This document shows, in pieces, positions 39,001 to 51,000 of a DNA stretch of 64,000 bases (the stretch's first letter is position 1; the number at the start of each line of letters is the position of its first letter). The position numbers were made by a program, and so were the translations under genes. The notes beneath the pieces are model-generated. The model did no database searches, had not been told where the DNA came from, and saw only the letters and a list, made by a program, of their open reading frames with translations. Source of the DNA: Zygnema circumcarinatum SAG 698-1b (Eukaryota > Plantae > Zygnematophyceae); assembly GCA_037447605.1 (NCBI GenBank), contig CM074818.1:620001-684000 (forward strand). Direction: 5' to 3'.

Positions 39001-42000
39001 GAGAATTAGTGGGGGAGAGAGGGGGAGAGATATCAATGCCAGGTGGAGTGGCTGTGGGTGGAAATGGAGGGAGAGATACAGCTGTACGAGAGGGTGTAGA
39101 GGAAGGCGAGGAGAGGGAGGGAGAGATGAGAAAAGGAGATAGATTGGGGGAGGCTGAAATTCCAGGTGTAGAAGGTGAACCTAAAGGTGCAGTCTTACGA
39201 GGCGAAGGGGGTTGAAAGGGAAGGGTTTTAACAGGAGGTGAAATCAGGGGGGGCGATGGGAGAGAGAGAGGCGACGGGAGAGAATTAGTGGGGGAGAGAG
39301 GGGGAGAGATATCAATGCCAGGTGGAGTGGCTGTGGGTGGAAATGGAGGGAGAGATACAGCTGTAGGAGAGGGTGTAGAGGAAGGCGAGGAGAGGGAGGG
39401 AGAGATGGGAAAAGGAGATAGAATGGGGGAGGCTGAAATTCCAGGTGTAGAAGGTGAACCTAAAGGTGCAGTTTTACGAGGCGAAGGGGGTTGAAAGGGA
39501 AGGGTTTTAGCAGGAGGTGAAATCAGGGGGGGCGATGGGAGAGAGAGAGACGACGGGAGAGAATTAGTGGGGGAGAGAGGGGGAGAGATATCAATGCCAG
39601 GTGGAGTGGCTGTGGGTGGAAATGGAGGGAGAGATACAGCTGTAGGAGAGGGTGTAGAGGAAGGCGAGGAGAGGGAGGGAGAGATGGGAAAAGGAGATAG
39701 AATGGGGGAGGCTGAAATTCCAGGTGTAGAAGGTGAACCTAAAGGTGCAGTCTTACGAGGCGAAGGGGGTTGAAAGGGAAGGGTTTTAACAGGAGGTGAA
39801 ATCAGGGGGGGCGATGGGAGAGAGAGAGACGATGGGAGAGAATTAGTGGGGGAGAGCGGGGGAGAGATATCAATGCCAGGTGGAGGAGTGGAGCTAGGTC
39901 TTCGAACAATGGGTGGGAGAGGTTGACGGGGTAAAGCAGAGTTAGATGGAGGGGGACGAGAATTAGAGGAAGGGAAAGGAAGTGTGGGAGAGATATTAAT
40001 TCCAGGTGAAGGAGGGGTAGAGATAGGGATTCCACTGAAAGGTGAGAGAAGTGGAGGGAATAAAGCGGAGTTAGATGACGGAGGAGGATCAGAGTTAGTG
40101 AGAGAGGAAGGAGGAGGAACTACCCTAATACCAGGTGAAGGCGGCGCAAAGCTAGTGCTTTTAGCACTAGGTGGGGTAGGTGGAGGAAATGCATTAGAGG
40201 CAGATGAAGGGAAAGGATTAGAGGGAGAGGGAGAGGGAGATGGAAATACATTTGTACCAGGTGAAGCTGGAGACGCAATCATACCAGGTGGAGGTGGAGC
40301 GAAGTGGGGAGTTTTAGGAGCGGAAGGGAGCGGAGTGGTAGGAGAGGTGGGTGATGCACTGAAGGGAGGGAGAGGGATGGCATAAGGTGGGGATGGGGGT
40401 GGGAACTTGAAAGGAATGGGAGACGGAGGGCTTTCAAGGGAGGGAGCAGATGGTTCTGAGGGGCGAGTAGATGGAGGTGGAGGAGAGAGAAGCAAGAGGG
40501 AGGAAGGCGGGGGACTGTGGAGAGGGGGAGAGGGTGTCTGTGAATGGGAAACAGATGGAGGGAGAGTATGAAGGGGGGAGGGTGATGGAGGCGAAGATTG
40601 GGCTAGTGGAGGTGAAACCTGGAGTGGGGGCTCCTGGGGAGGAGGTTCCTTGCCTTGAATTGGCGGTGAGGGAAAGGGCAGGGGAGAGGGCCTGGGAGAG
40701 AGGGAGGGAGATAGCGCGGGAGAGGGCGGGGGAGAGAGGGCGGGGGAGAGAGCAGAGGGAGAGAGAGGGCGAGAGGGGAGGGGGAGAGAGCGGGGAAGAG
40801 AGAGAGGGAGCGGGCAGGGGAGAGTGCGGGAGAGGGAGCGAGGGGGAGGGCGGGGGAGAGTGCGAGGGAGAGAGCGAGGGAGAGGGCGGGGGAGAGTGCA
40901 AGGGAGAGAGAGGGAGAGAGGGGAGGGGAGAGAGCGGGGGAGAGAGCGGGGAAGAGAGAGAGGGAGAGGGCAGGGGAGAGTGCGGGAGAGGGAGCGAAGG
41001 GGAGGGCGGGGGAGAGTGCGGGGGAGAGAGCGAGGGAAAGAGCGAGGGAGAGAGCGAGGGAGAGGGCGGGGAGAGTGCAAGGGAGAGAGGGCGAGAGGGG
41101 AGGGGAGAGGGCGGGGAGAGTGCGAGGGAGAGAGCGAGGGAGAGGGCGGGGGAGAGTGCGAGGGAGAGAGAGAGGGAGAGGGCGGGGGAGAGGGCGGGGA
41201 GCGGGGGAGAGAGCGGGGGAGAGAGAGAGGGAGAGGGCAGGGGAGAGTGCGGGAGAGGGAGCGAAGGGGAGGGCGGGGGAGAGTGCGAGGGAGAGAATGA
41301 GGGAGAGGGCAGGGGAGAGTGCGGGAGAGGGAGCGAGGGGGAGGGCGGGGGAGAGTGCGAGGGAGAGAGCGAGGGAGAGCGCGTGGGAGAGAGCGAGGGA
41401 GAGAGTGAGGGAGAGGGCGGGGGAGAGTGCAAGGGAGAGAGAGGGCGAGAGGGGAGGGGAGAGGGCGGGGGGGAGAGAGAGGGAGAGGGCAGGGGAGAGT
41501 GCGGGAGAGGGAGCGAGGGGGAGGGCGGGGGAGAGTGCGAGGGAGAGAGCGAGGGAGAGAGCGTAGGAGAAGGGGGGGGAGTGTGCGAGGGAGAGACCGA
41601 GGGAGATGGGTGGGGTACATTCGGAGACGGTGAGAGAGGGAGAGGGGGTGGCGGCGGTGAGAGTGGCGGACTTACATCAGGCGGAATTGAAGGCTGTTGG
41701 AGAGGGCCTGGTGCTGCAAAGGGAGGAGGGAGAACCTGAGAGAAGAAAGAGTTTAACAAACCAAAGTGAGAGGGGTTTGCAGTAGTCCTCACGCAAATTT
41801 ATCTATGAATAAACTGGTGTAATCAGCAGATTCGAGATCTTTATTATTCAGACTATTGTTTTGCCCTGGATAACAAGTAGCCACGTAATTGAGTAGAAAA
41901 AAAAATCAGCGGGGCCAGCTCAAAGAGTATGTTTTCGTGCAATTTTACAGAATCGACATATGGATAGACAACGTCCCAACGTCTATCTCCCTTGCCTTAA

Positions 42001-45000
42001 TTTTGAGAATTCGCAGTCAGAGTTACCAAAGAATTGCAAGGTCTAGAGGAAAACAAGAAACCTAACAACACGCATCATCATTCTCATAGCCCAATAAGAT
42101 CGAAAGGATCCTCCTTGTCACAAGAGCCCATGGAATGATAGTGATGATAGATATCATGATATTGATAGATACGAATGGCCTCTGAAAAAAGATGATGATG
42201 ATGATGTAACAAGTAAAAGATTCAAATGGTACACGAGAGGATAGACCCATGAACGTGCAAAAGAATGAGCCGAGATGATGTGACAGAGATCGGACTCATA
42301 AGTTGTTTCAAAAGACAGACAACATGGCAACGCCAAAGTTTAAGCCCAAATGGTTCGACTGCAGGTGACAATGATTGCAGTTACATCAATACATGCAGAA
42401 TGTGCACTTACTCTTCAATACATTGTGTGGATCATAACATGACATGAATGGATGTATGCATGTCCTTACATACACGGTTTCAAGAATTTGCACATTTAAA
42501 AAAAAAGAAAAAAAAAAATTTGGACAAAAAGAATCGTGGGACAATAAACGAGCCTAATTAAAGTTCTTGAAACCACAGTCAGAATGCCTTAAGGTTCGTA
42601 ACGAAAACGTCAAGTTTCAAATTCAACGGGTAAAGAACAAGCATGAACAGCAAAGTAACTGACAACACAAAGAAAGACAAATACCTGCTGGGGCGGTTCC
42701 TTAGGGGGGGGGGCCAACAGTGGTATGAATGGAGGGGAAGGAGATGGAGAGAGTGATAATGGAGGTGACAATGGAGGTGATAATGGAGGTGTGGATGGGA
42801 GAGGTTTATCAACATGCAGTGGTGGAGGATTGAAATCGACAGGTGTGCCCATGTTTGGGGTGGGGAAAGGAGAGGAGTTGGGAGGAGAGATTGATTGAAG
42901 TGGAGGAGAAGGCGGTGACAATGGAGGTAGTTCGATGGATGGAATTGAAATTGGAGGTGGTTTGATGGATGGAATTGAAATTGGAGGTAGTTTGATGGAT
43001 GGAATTGAAATTGGAGGTGGGGAGATGGATGGAATTGAAATTGGAGGTGGGGAGATGGATGGAATTGCAATTGGAGGTGGGGAGATGGATGGAATTGAAA
43101 TTGGAGGTGGGGAGATGGATGGAATTGCAATTGGAGGTGGTTTGATGGATGGAATTGAAATTGGAGGTAGTTTGATGGATGGAATTGAAATTGGAGGTGG
43201 GGAGATGGATGGAATTGAAATTGGAGGTGGGGAGATGGATGGAATTGCAATTGGAGGTGGGGAGATGGATGGAATTGAAATTGGAGGTGGGGAGATGGAT
43301 GGAATTGCAATTGGAGGTGGGGAGATGGATGGAATTGAAATTGGAGGTGGGGAGATGGATGGACCTGAAGGACTTGGGATCCTTGATGGTGGTAGTGGGG
43401 ACTCAGGCGTGTGTGGGAGGGGAGGTGGGCTTAGTGGGAAAGGAGAAGGCGCTAGTGAAGGAGGTAGGGGTAGTGGTAGTGGAAGCTGAGGCGAATGAGG
43501 AGGTGGACTTACTTGGCGCGGAGCAGGTGGAGGTAGTGATGAACCAGGAGACGGTGATGGGCTGGTATGTGGACCAGATGGAGGATGGAATGGCGGAGAA
43601 AGGAGTGGGAGTGGGTGTGGGAGTGAAGGTGAAGGTGAAGGTGAAAGTGAAGGTGAAGGTGAAGGTGAAGATGGAGCGGGTGGAGGTAGGTGAGGTGGGA
43701 GTGAATTGTGGGGTGGTGATGGGCGTATGAAAGATGGAGGGGGGACTTCAATGGGTGGGAGAAAACGCGGAGGAGGATTACCAGAAGGGGGGGGTGAAAT
43801 TGATGCAGGTATGGGGGCGGAGGGCGGAGGGAGTAGGTGTGGTAGTGGACTTACATTAGGAGCGGGAGGAGGGCGAACCCGCGGAAGTGGAGGTGGGGTC
43901 GGTATTGAAGGAACAGCCGGAGGAGGCCCAACTCCTTGTTGAGGAGGAGGAGCAGAATTAGGGGACGGAGAGGGAGGAGGGGCTGTGGGACGGACATAAG
44001 GGGGGGAAGAGAGAGGGCTATTTTTGGTTGGTGGTGGTATGTGGGTGAATGAAGGAGGAATAAATGGGGGAGAAATCGGTGGGAGAACGGAAATTGGAGG
44101 TGGAGCCACTTGAACAGGTGGAGAGCGTAGGAGAGGGGAGGGTGGAGAAGGAAATATCGAGCTAGGAGATGGTGCAGGGGAGGACAGTGGAGGAGAGAGT
44201 GGGGGCGACAAGGGAGGACTTGAAGACAGCGGAACGGGGAAGGGTGGAGAGAGAGAGGGTAGCGGCGGAGAGAGTGGGGGAGATGGGGAAATGGGGGAAG
44301 GAGAGAGAGGGGGTGGAAAGTTTGAAGGTGTAGGAATTATTGGTGGAGGCCTGAATTCTGAAGGTAAAGGAGGAGGTAGGAAGGGCAAAAACGGTGGGAG
44401 CATTGAAGGTGAAGGGGACTCCCCAGGTGGGGGAGAGGGAGGAGCTTCAGCCGGAGAGGGAGATGGTGCTACTGCTGGAGGTGAAGGTCTAATCAAAGGA
44501 GGAGGAAAAGAAAATGGAGTGGGAGAGGATGAGGGTCCTGGAATGGGCTGCGTAGATTGAGGAGGGGGAGGAGGGAGAGAGGGATTTGGACCTCCAGCAG
44601 GAGAGGGAGCTTCAGAACCTGATGGAGGTGGAAAGCTGGAAGGGGAATCAGCGGGAGAGAGAGGAGGAAGCTGTGTTGGTGAGGCGGGAGGTAGAGGAGG
44701 GGATAAGGGACTTTCTGATGGGTAGGACGCAGGAGGGAGAGAGACAGGAGGGCTTGCTTCAATATTGGGAGGGGGAGCTGTTGGGCCTTCACTAGGCCGA
44801 GAAGATGGAGGGAGAGGGAACGGAGGACTGGCTTCCACTGGGGGAGGTGCTCCTTTAGGGCTATCAGCAGGAGTGGGAGCTGGGGGCAGTGCGGGAGGAG
44901 TCAATTCAGGAGGTGGAGTAGGAGGGGCAAATGAGGGAGAGGGAGTGGAATGTGGGGGTTGTGAAAAAGGGGGACTTGCTTCCATCGGAGGTGCTGCTAC

Positions 45001-48000
45001 AGGGCCTTCTGATGGGCCAGATGAGGGAGGTATGGAAAAAGGAGGACTTGCTTGAATAGGTGGAGGGAGAGTGGGAGAGAGAGCTGGAGGGAGGGATGTG
45101 GGACTTTCAGTGGGCTTAGGAGCTGGAGGGAGGGAGAACGGAGGGCTTGCACTTATAGGAGGAGCTGCAGAGGGGTTCCCTGAGGGCTGTGGGGCCCCAG
45201 ATGAGGGAGGTGGGGCAGATGGAGGTAGAGGGGCAGGTAGAGGGGAGGGAGTGACAGTGGGAGGAGAAGTGGGAGGGACGGCGGGAGGGGAGGCGGGAGG
45301 GGGAGCGGGAGGGGAGTAGGGAGGAGAGGCGGGAGGGAAGGCGGGAGGGGAGGCGGGAGGGGGAGCGGGAGGGGAGTAGGGAGGGGAGGCGGGAGGGGAG
45401 TCAGGAGGGGAGGAGGGAGGAGAGTCGGGAGGGGAGGCGGGAGAAGAGTCGGGAGGGGGGGCGGGAGGGGAGTAGGGAGGGGAGGCGGGAGGGGAGTCAG
45501 GTGAGGACGCAGGAGGGGAGACGGGAGGGGAGGAGGGAGAAGAGTCGGGAGAGGAGGCGGGAGGGGAGGCGGGAGGGGAGGGAAGGCGGGAGGGGAATCG
45601 GGAGGGGAGGTGGGAGCGGAGGTGGGAGGGGAGGCGGGAGGGGAGGCGGGAGGGGAGGCGGGAGGGAAGGCGGGAGGGGAATCGGGAGGGGAGGTGGGAG
45701 GGGAGGTGGGAGGGGAGGCGGGAGGGGGAGCGGGAGGGGAGGCGGGAGGGGAGGCGGGAGGGGAGTAGGGAGGGGAGGCGGGAGGGGAGTCGATGAGGGG
45801 AGGAGGGAGGAGAGTCGGAGGGGAGGTGGGAGGGGAGGCGGGAGGGGAGGAGGGGAGGTGGGAGGGGAGGTGGGAGGGGAGGTGGGAGGGGAGGTGGGAG
45901 GGGAGGCGGGAGGGGAGGCGGGAGGGGAGGCGGGAGGGGAGGTGGGAGGGGAGGTGGGAGGGGAGGTGGGAGGGGAGGGGAGGCGGGAGGGGAGCGGGAG
46001 GGGAGGCGGGAGGGGAGGGGAGGTGGGAGGGGAGGTGGGAGGGGAGGAGGAGGGGAGGCGGGAGGGGAGGCGGGAGGGAAGGCGGGAGGGGAATCGGGAG
46101 GGGAGGTGGGAGGGGAGGTGGGAGGGGAGGTGGGAGGGGAGGTGGGAGGGGAGGCGGGAGGGGAGGCGGGAGGGGAGGCGGGAGGCGGGAGGGGAGGCGG
46201 GAGGGGAGGTGGGAGGGGAGGTGGGAGGGGAGGTGGGAGGGGAGGCGGGAGGGGAGGTGGGAGGGGAGGTGGGAGGGGAGCGGGAGGGGAGGCGGGAGGG
46301 AAGGCGGGAGGGGAATCGGGAGGGGAGGTGGGAGGGGAGGTGGGAGGGGAGGGGAGGTGGGAGGGGAGGTGGGAGGGGAGGTGGGGAGCGGGAGGGAGGC
46401 GGGAGGGAAGGCGGGAGGGGAATCGGGAGGGGAGGTGGGAGGGGAGGTGGGAGGTGGGAGGGGAGGTGGGAGGGGAGGTGGGAGGGGGGGGGAGGGGGAG
46501 GGGAGAGTGGGAGGGGAGGCGGGAGTCGGGAGGGGAGGCGGGAGGGGAGGAGGGAAGGCGGGAGGGGGAGCGGGAGGGGAGGTGGGAGGGGAGGTGGGAG
46601 GGGAGGCGGGAGGGGGGAGCGGGAGGGGAGGCGGAAGGGGAGGCGGGAGGGGGAGCGGGAGGGGAGGTGGGAGGAGGGGAGGTGGGAGGGGGGGTGGGAG
46701 GGGAGGCGGGAGGGAGTCGGGGGGAGGCGGGAGGGGAGGCGGGAGGGGAATCGGGAGGGGAGGTGGGAGGGGAGGTGGGAGGGGAGGTGGGAGGGGAGGG
46801 GAGGCGGGAGGGGAGGGAGGGGAGGTGGGAGGGGAGGCAGGAGGGGGAGCGGGAGGGGAGGTCGGGAGGGGAGGCGGGAGGGGAAGCGGGAGGGGAGGTG
46901 GGAGGGGAGGGGAGGTGGGAGGGGAGGCAGGAGGGGGAGCGGGAGGGGAGGCGGGAGGGGAGGCGGGAGGGGGAGCGGGAGGGGAGGTGGGAGGGGAGGT
47001 GGGAGGGGAGGCAGGAGGGGGAGCGGGAGGGGAGGCGGGAGGGGAGGCGGGAGGGGGAGGGGGAGGGGAGGTGGGAGGGGAGGCGGGAGGGGGAGCGGGA
47101 GGAGGAGGGGAATCGGGAGGGGAGGTGGGAGGGGAGGTGGGCGGGGAGGCAGGAGGGGGAGCGGGAGGGGAGGCGGGAGGGGAGGGGGGAGGAGTGCTTG
47201 GAGGTTCGGACGGAGGAACAGGAGCTTCAGGAGGGGGAGGAGGAGCTGAGGGAAAAGGAGGAGAGGTAGGCAGAAAAGTTGGCGCACTTGGAGGCTTAAA
47301 GGGCAATGGGGGAGGAGAGTGGGGAAAGGGACTGGGAGGGAAAGCAGCAGGAGAGTCTGATGGTGGGGGTTGAGCATCTGCAGGGGAACGAGAAGGAGGA
47401 GGTGGAGCACTTGGGGGCTCCAAGGGAGGAGAGGGAGAGGTGAAGGGAGTGGGAGGACTTAGAAGGGGCGTATTGGGAGAGTCCGGTGGAGGAGGGGATT
47501 GAATTTCTGCTGGAGAGGGGAAAAGAGGAGCACTTGGATCAGACGGAGGGTTCAAGGGAGTGGTAGGGGGACTCTTTAAATATGGCGAAGTTGGTGGTGG
47601 AGAGAGAGAGTCAGGTGGAGGGAGAGGAGGAGGAGGAGCATTAGGACTGTCTTCAGGTGGTGGAGGAACGACGAGGAATGGTGGGAGGGTTTCAGGAATA
47701 GGAGGGGGTTGAGCGAGAGGAGGGGTGCTTGGAGTAGGAGTAGGAGGAGGTGCAGTAGGAGGAATTGGTGCTTCAGGAGGAGGAAGTGAAGGTTCTGGTG
47801 GTAACTGTGGTGGTAGAGAGGGAGGGGAGGTAGGAGGAGAAGCCTGGGGGGTATCAGGAGAAGCGTTTGGAGTAAGATTATTTGTTGGAGTGGGAGGGAG
47901 AGGTGTTGCAGGGTAGGTAGGAGGAGGGGGAGGGAGAGTCGGCAATCCAGTTGGAGGAATTGAGGTAGGAACAATCTGCTTATGAGGGGGTGGAGGGGAA

Positions 48001-51000
48001 TCAGGGGCGAGGAGAGGCGGAGGAAGAGAAGAGGGAGGAGGAGACGAGAGAGGAGGAGAAGAGGGAGGAGGAGCCTGGGGGGTATCAGGAGGAGGGGTTG
48101 GAGTAAGATTATCTGCTGGAGTGGGAGAGAGAGGTGTAGAAGGGGAGGTAGGAGGAGGGGAAGGGAGTGTCGGCTCTCCAGTTGGAGGAATTGAGGTAGG
48201 AACAATCTGCTTATGAGGGGGTGGAGGGGAATCAGGGGCGAGGAGAGGCGGAGGAAGAGAAGAGGGAGGAGGAGGAGAGGGAGGAGGAGAAGAGGGAGGA
48301 GGAGCCTGGGGGGTATCAGGAGGAGGGGTTGGAGTAAGATTATCTGCTGGAGTGGGAGAGAGAGGTGTAGAAGGGGAGGTAGGAGGAGGGGAAGGGAGTG
48401 TCGGCTCTCCAGTTGGAGGAATTGAGGTAGGAACAATCTGCTTATCAGGGGGTGGAGGGGAATCAGGGGCGATGAGAGGCGGAGGAGGAGAAGAGGGAGG
48501 AGGAGACGAGAGAGGAGGAGAAGAGGGAGGAGGAGCCTGGGGGGTATCAGGAGGAGGGGTTGGAGTAAGATTATCTGCTGGAGTGGGAGAGAGAGGTGTA
48601 GAAGGGGAGGTAGGAGGGGGAGGGAGAATCGGCTCTCCAGATGGAGGAATTGAGGTAGGAACAATCTGCTTATCAGGGGGTGGAGGGGAATCAGGGGCGA
48701 TGAGAGGCTGAGGAGGAGAAGAGGGAGGAGGAGGAGCGAGAGGGGAAGAGATGGGAGAGAGAGATTCTCGAATAACAGATTCTGTTGATAGACTGGAAAA
48801 GAGATCGCCTGAGACAAAGTTCAAATCCTGCATTGCAATTCAAAAAGTTGTCATTTTGGAGCAGGCCCACACGCTCCTGCAAGTGTCGCAATCTGCAACA
48901 ATTTGAGATGCACTCGCTCTCCCTCTCCACCTCTTTCTCTCTTTCTGCCTCATCCCTTCTCCTTCTCCTGTCCCTAATTTGGTCCCTTTCCTTCTCTTTG
49001 ATGTACATTGCGGGTCATTGGTAACGGCATAACTGACCCAAAAAATCACTACCAAATAGCAAACTGGTCCTACAATCGCACTGTCTTCCACACACATTCA
49101 AAAAGGCGGAAGAAAAAGGAGAGGGAAGAGTGTGAGGGAGAGAGAGAAAACACCTCTATCAGAACCCTTGGTGAGTCTGACGGCCTAAGCACGTCAGCCG
49201 CCTGCTCCATAGCTTCCAGAAGCCCCACTCTCTCAGTACGACTCCCACCTCTCTTACTCCAAAAATCCCCTCCCACCCCACTACCATCCTCCCTCCTTGT
49301 TCTCCCTTCAGAAAACAAGTGCTCCAGCAGCAGGATCGTCGATATTGAGTCCGTAATTTTTCGCAAAACCGAATGGCTCACATCATCTCCTGTGACAATG
49401 GGCGAAGGAAATATGCCCTCCAACCTGCAGCAAGTATTTTTCTCCATCAAATACTACCTCTCCATCTCTCTCCTCTCCCTTTCCCTCCCCTTTCCCCTGC
49501 CCCTGCCTCAATCTCTCCCTCTATCTCTCACTCTCTTCCGCCCTCCCACCTTGCTCCACCCTCCTCGCCTTCCCTCCCTCTCTCCACCACTCTCTATGTT
49601 ATCCTTTCCTTTCATCCATTGTTTTAAATTTTAACGGGAGAAGGGGCTCTCCCCTCATATATACCCACCATCATCGACATTTAGATTTTTTTGTCTTCAC
49701 TTCACACTCTCAGAACTTTCATGCCTGATTAATCCTAAAAAAAAAACCTCAAGTATAATTAGTTTCTTACCAGCAGCTTGAGGCATCTGTTAGAGGCTGA
49801 CAGCTGCCATCTCCACAGACAAGTCTGCACCCCAATTGCATAGGACATCCAGGTGAAATCACCAAATAGAGAGACTAACTCTCACAATTCTCACATGCAA
49901 AGTATGCCTTCTCTACAGGCAAAGACAAACTCCTCTCCTTACAGATCATCTCCCACTTCCTCCTCCTCTCCTTCCTCCATTGGCTCTCCCTCTCCGTCTC
50001 CCTCTCCCCCTTACCTGAGTGATTTGAGCCTCGAAATCTCCAAATTCACATCCTCAAGTTCAAGGCTCCCATCCTGAAGAAAGAGTTCGGGTCTCCTCAA
50101 GGTCCACTTGATTCCTGAGTCTCTCCCTCCTTCATCGAAAAAGCATCTCAAGCTTGAGCACCATCTCAACCCTCCCTTAGTCCTCCTGCTCTCAATTATC
50201 TTCTCCAATAATCCCTCCCTGCACTCCTCCTTCTCCACTACCAAACCTACATCTGACCTACTTGAGGGCCTATCAAAGTCTCCCCCACCTCTGTGGTGGA
50301 GGTGGAGGTCCTCCCTACTTTCAAGACCTCTATTCTCTTCACTTCCACTCTCATCTGCTTGCAGGAGAGTTAATTCTTGCCAGTCAAAAAAACAGAGCCC
50401 TTCCTTCTGAGGCCTCCCAAAGTGACCGAATCCAAACTGTGCATCGCCTCTAGCAATGTCCTCCTCACAGCTCCATGTGCCGTTCTCCGTGCTGTACAAC
50501 GGTTCCATTTAACAGAGAGCCCATAACCCAATCCGTTCCGTTGAGAAAGCGGTCACGTGTTTATTGAAAGCAAAAAGAAAAAAGGTGGAATTCGCACAGC
50601 TACAATACAACAAAATGGACATGACGGAATTGAGGGTTCCGGCGATTTCTCGAGTTCTCCAACGCTTTCCCTCTCCCTCTCCCTCTCCCACTTGCTTACT
50701 TGCTTGACCTCTCCTACGACCAAACTCCTCTCACTATCTCCGAATAACCCGACACAGTGAAAGATTAAGGTATAATTTATTTCAAGCACTTTTGTCCCCT
50801 CCCATTCCCCTCTCACTCCGGCCTGTCCTCACTCCTACTCCCACCCGCTCTCGCTTTCCCACTCCCTACCTCTCTCTCGTCAATTCCCTCTCCATCTACA
50901 GTCCTGCGGGGCAATTCTCACCCTCCCTCTCGTCCCTCTCTCTCGCCGTCCCTATCTCCCTCCCTAAACTCTCCCTCTCTCTCTCTTTCCAGCTCTCGCC

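Noticed and set aside
42922-43362. 30-bp direct repeats as a CRISPR array
   Set aside because: No unique spacers; this is an in-frame coding repeat.
33743-47373. Long + strand Gly/Glu/Trp/Arg-rich ORFs
   Set aside because: Antisense shadows of the Pro/Ser-rich RLK exons.
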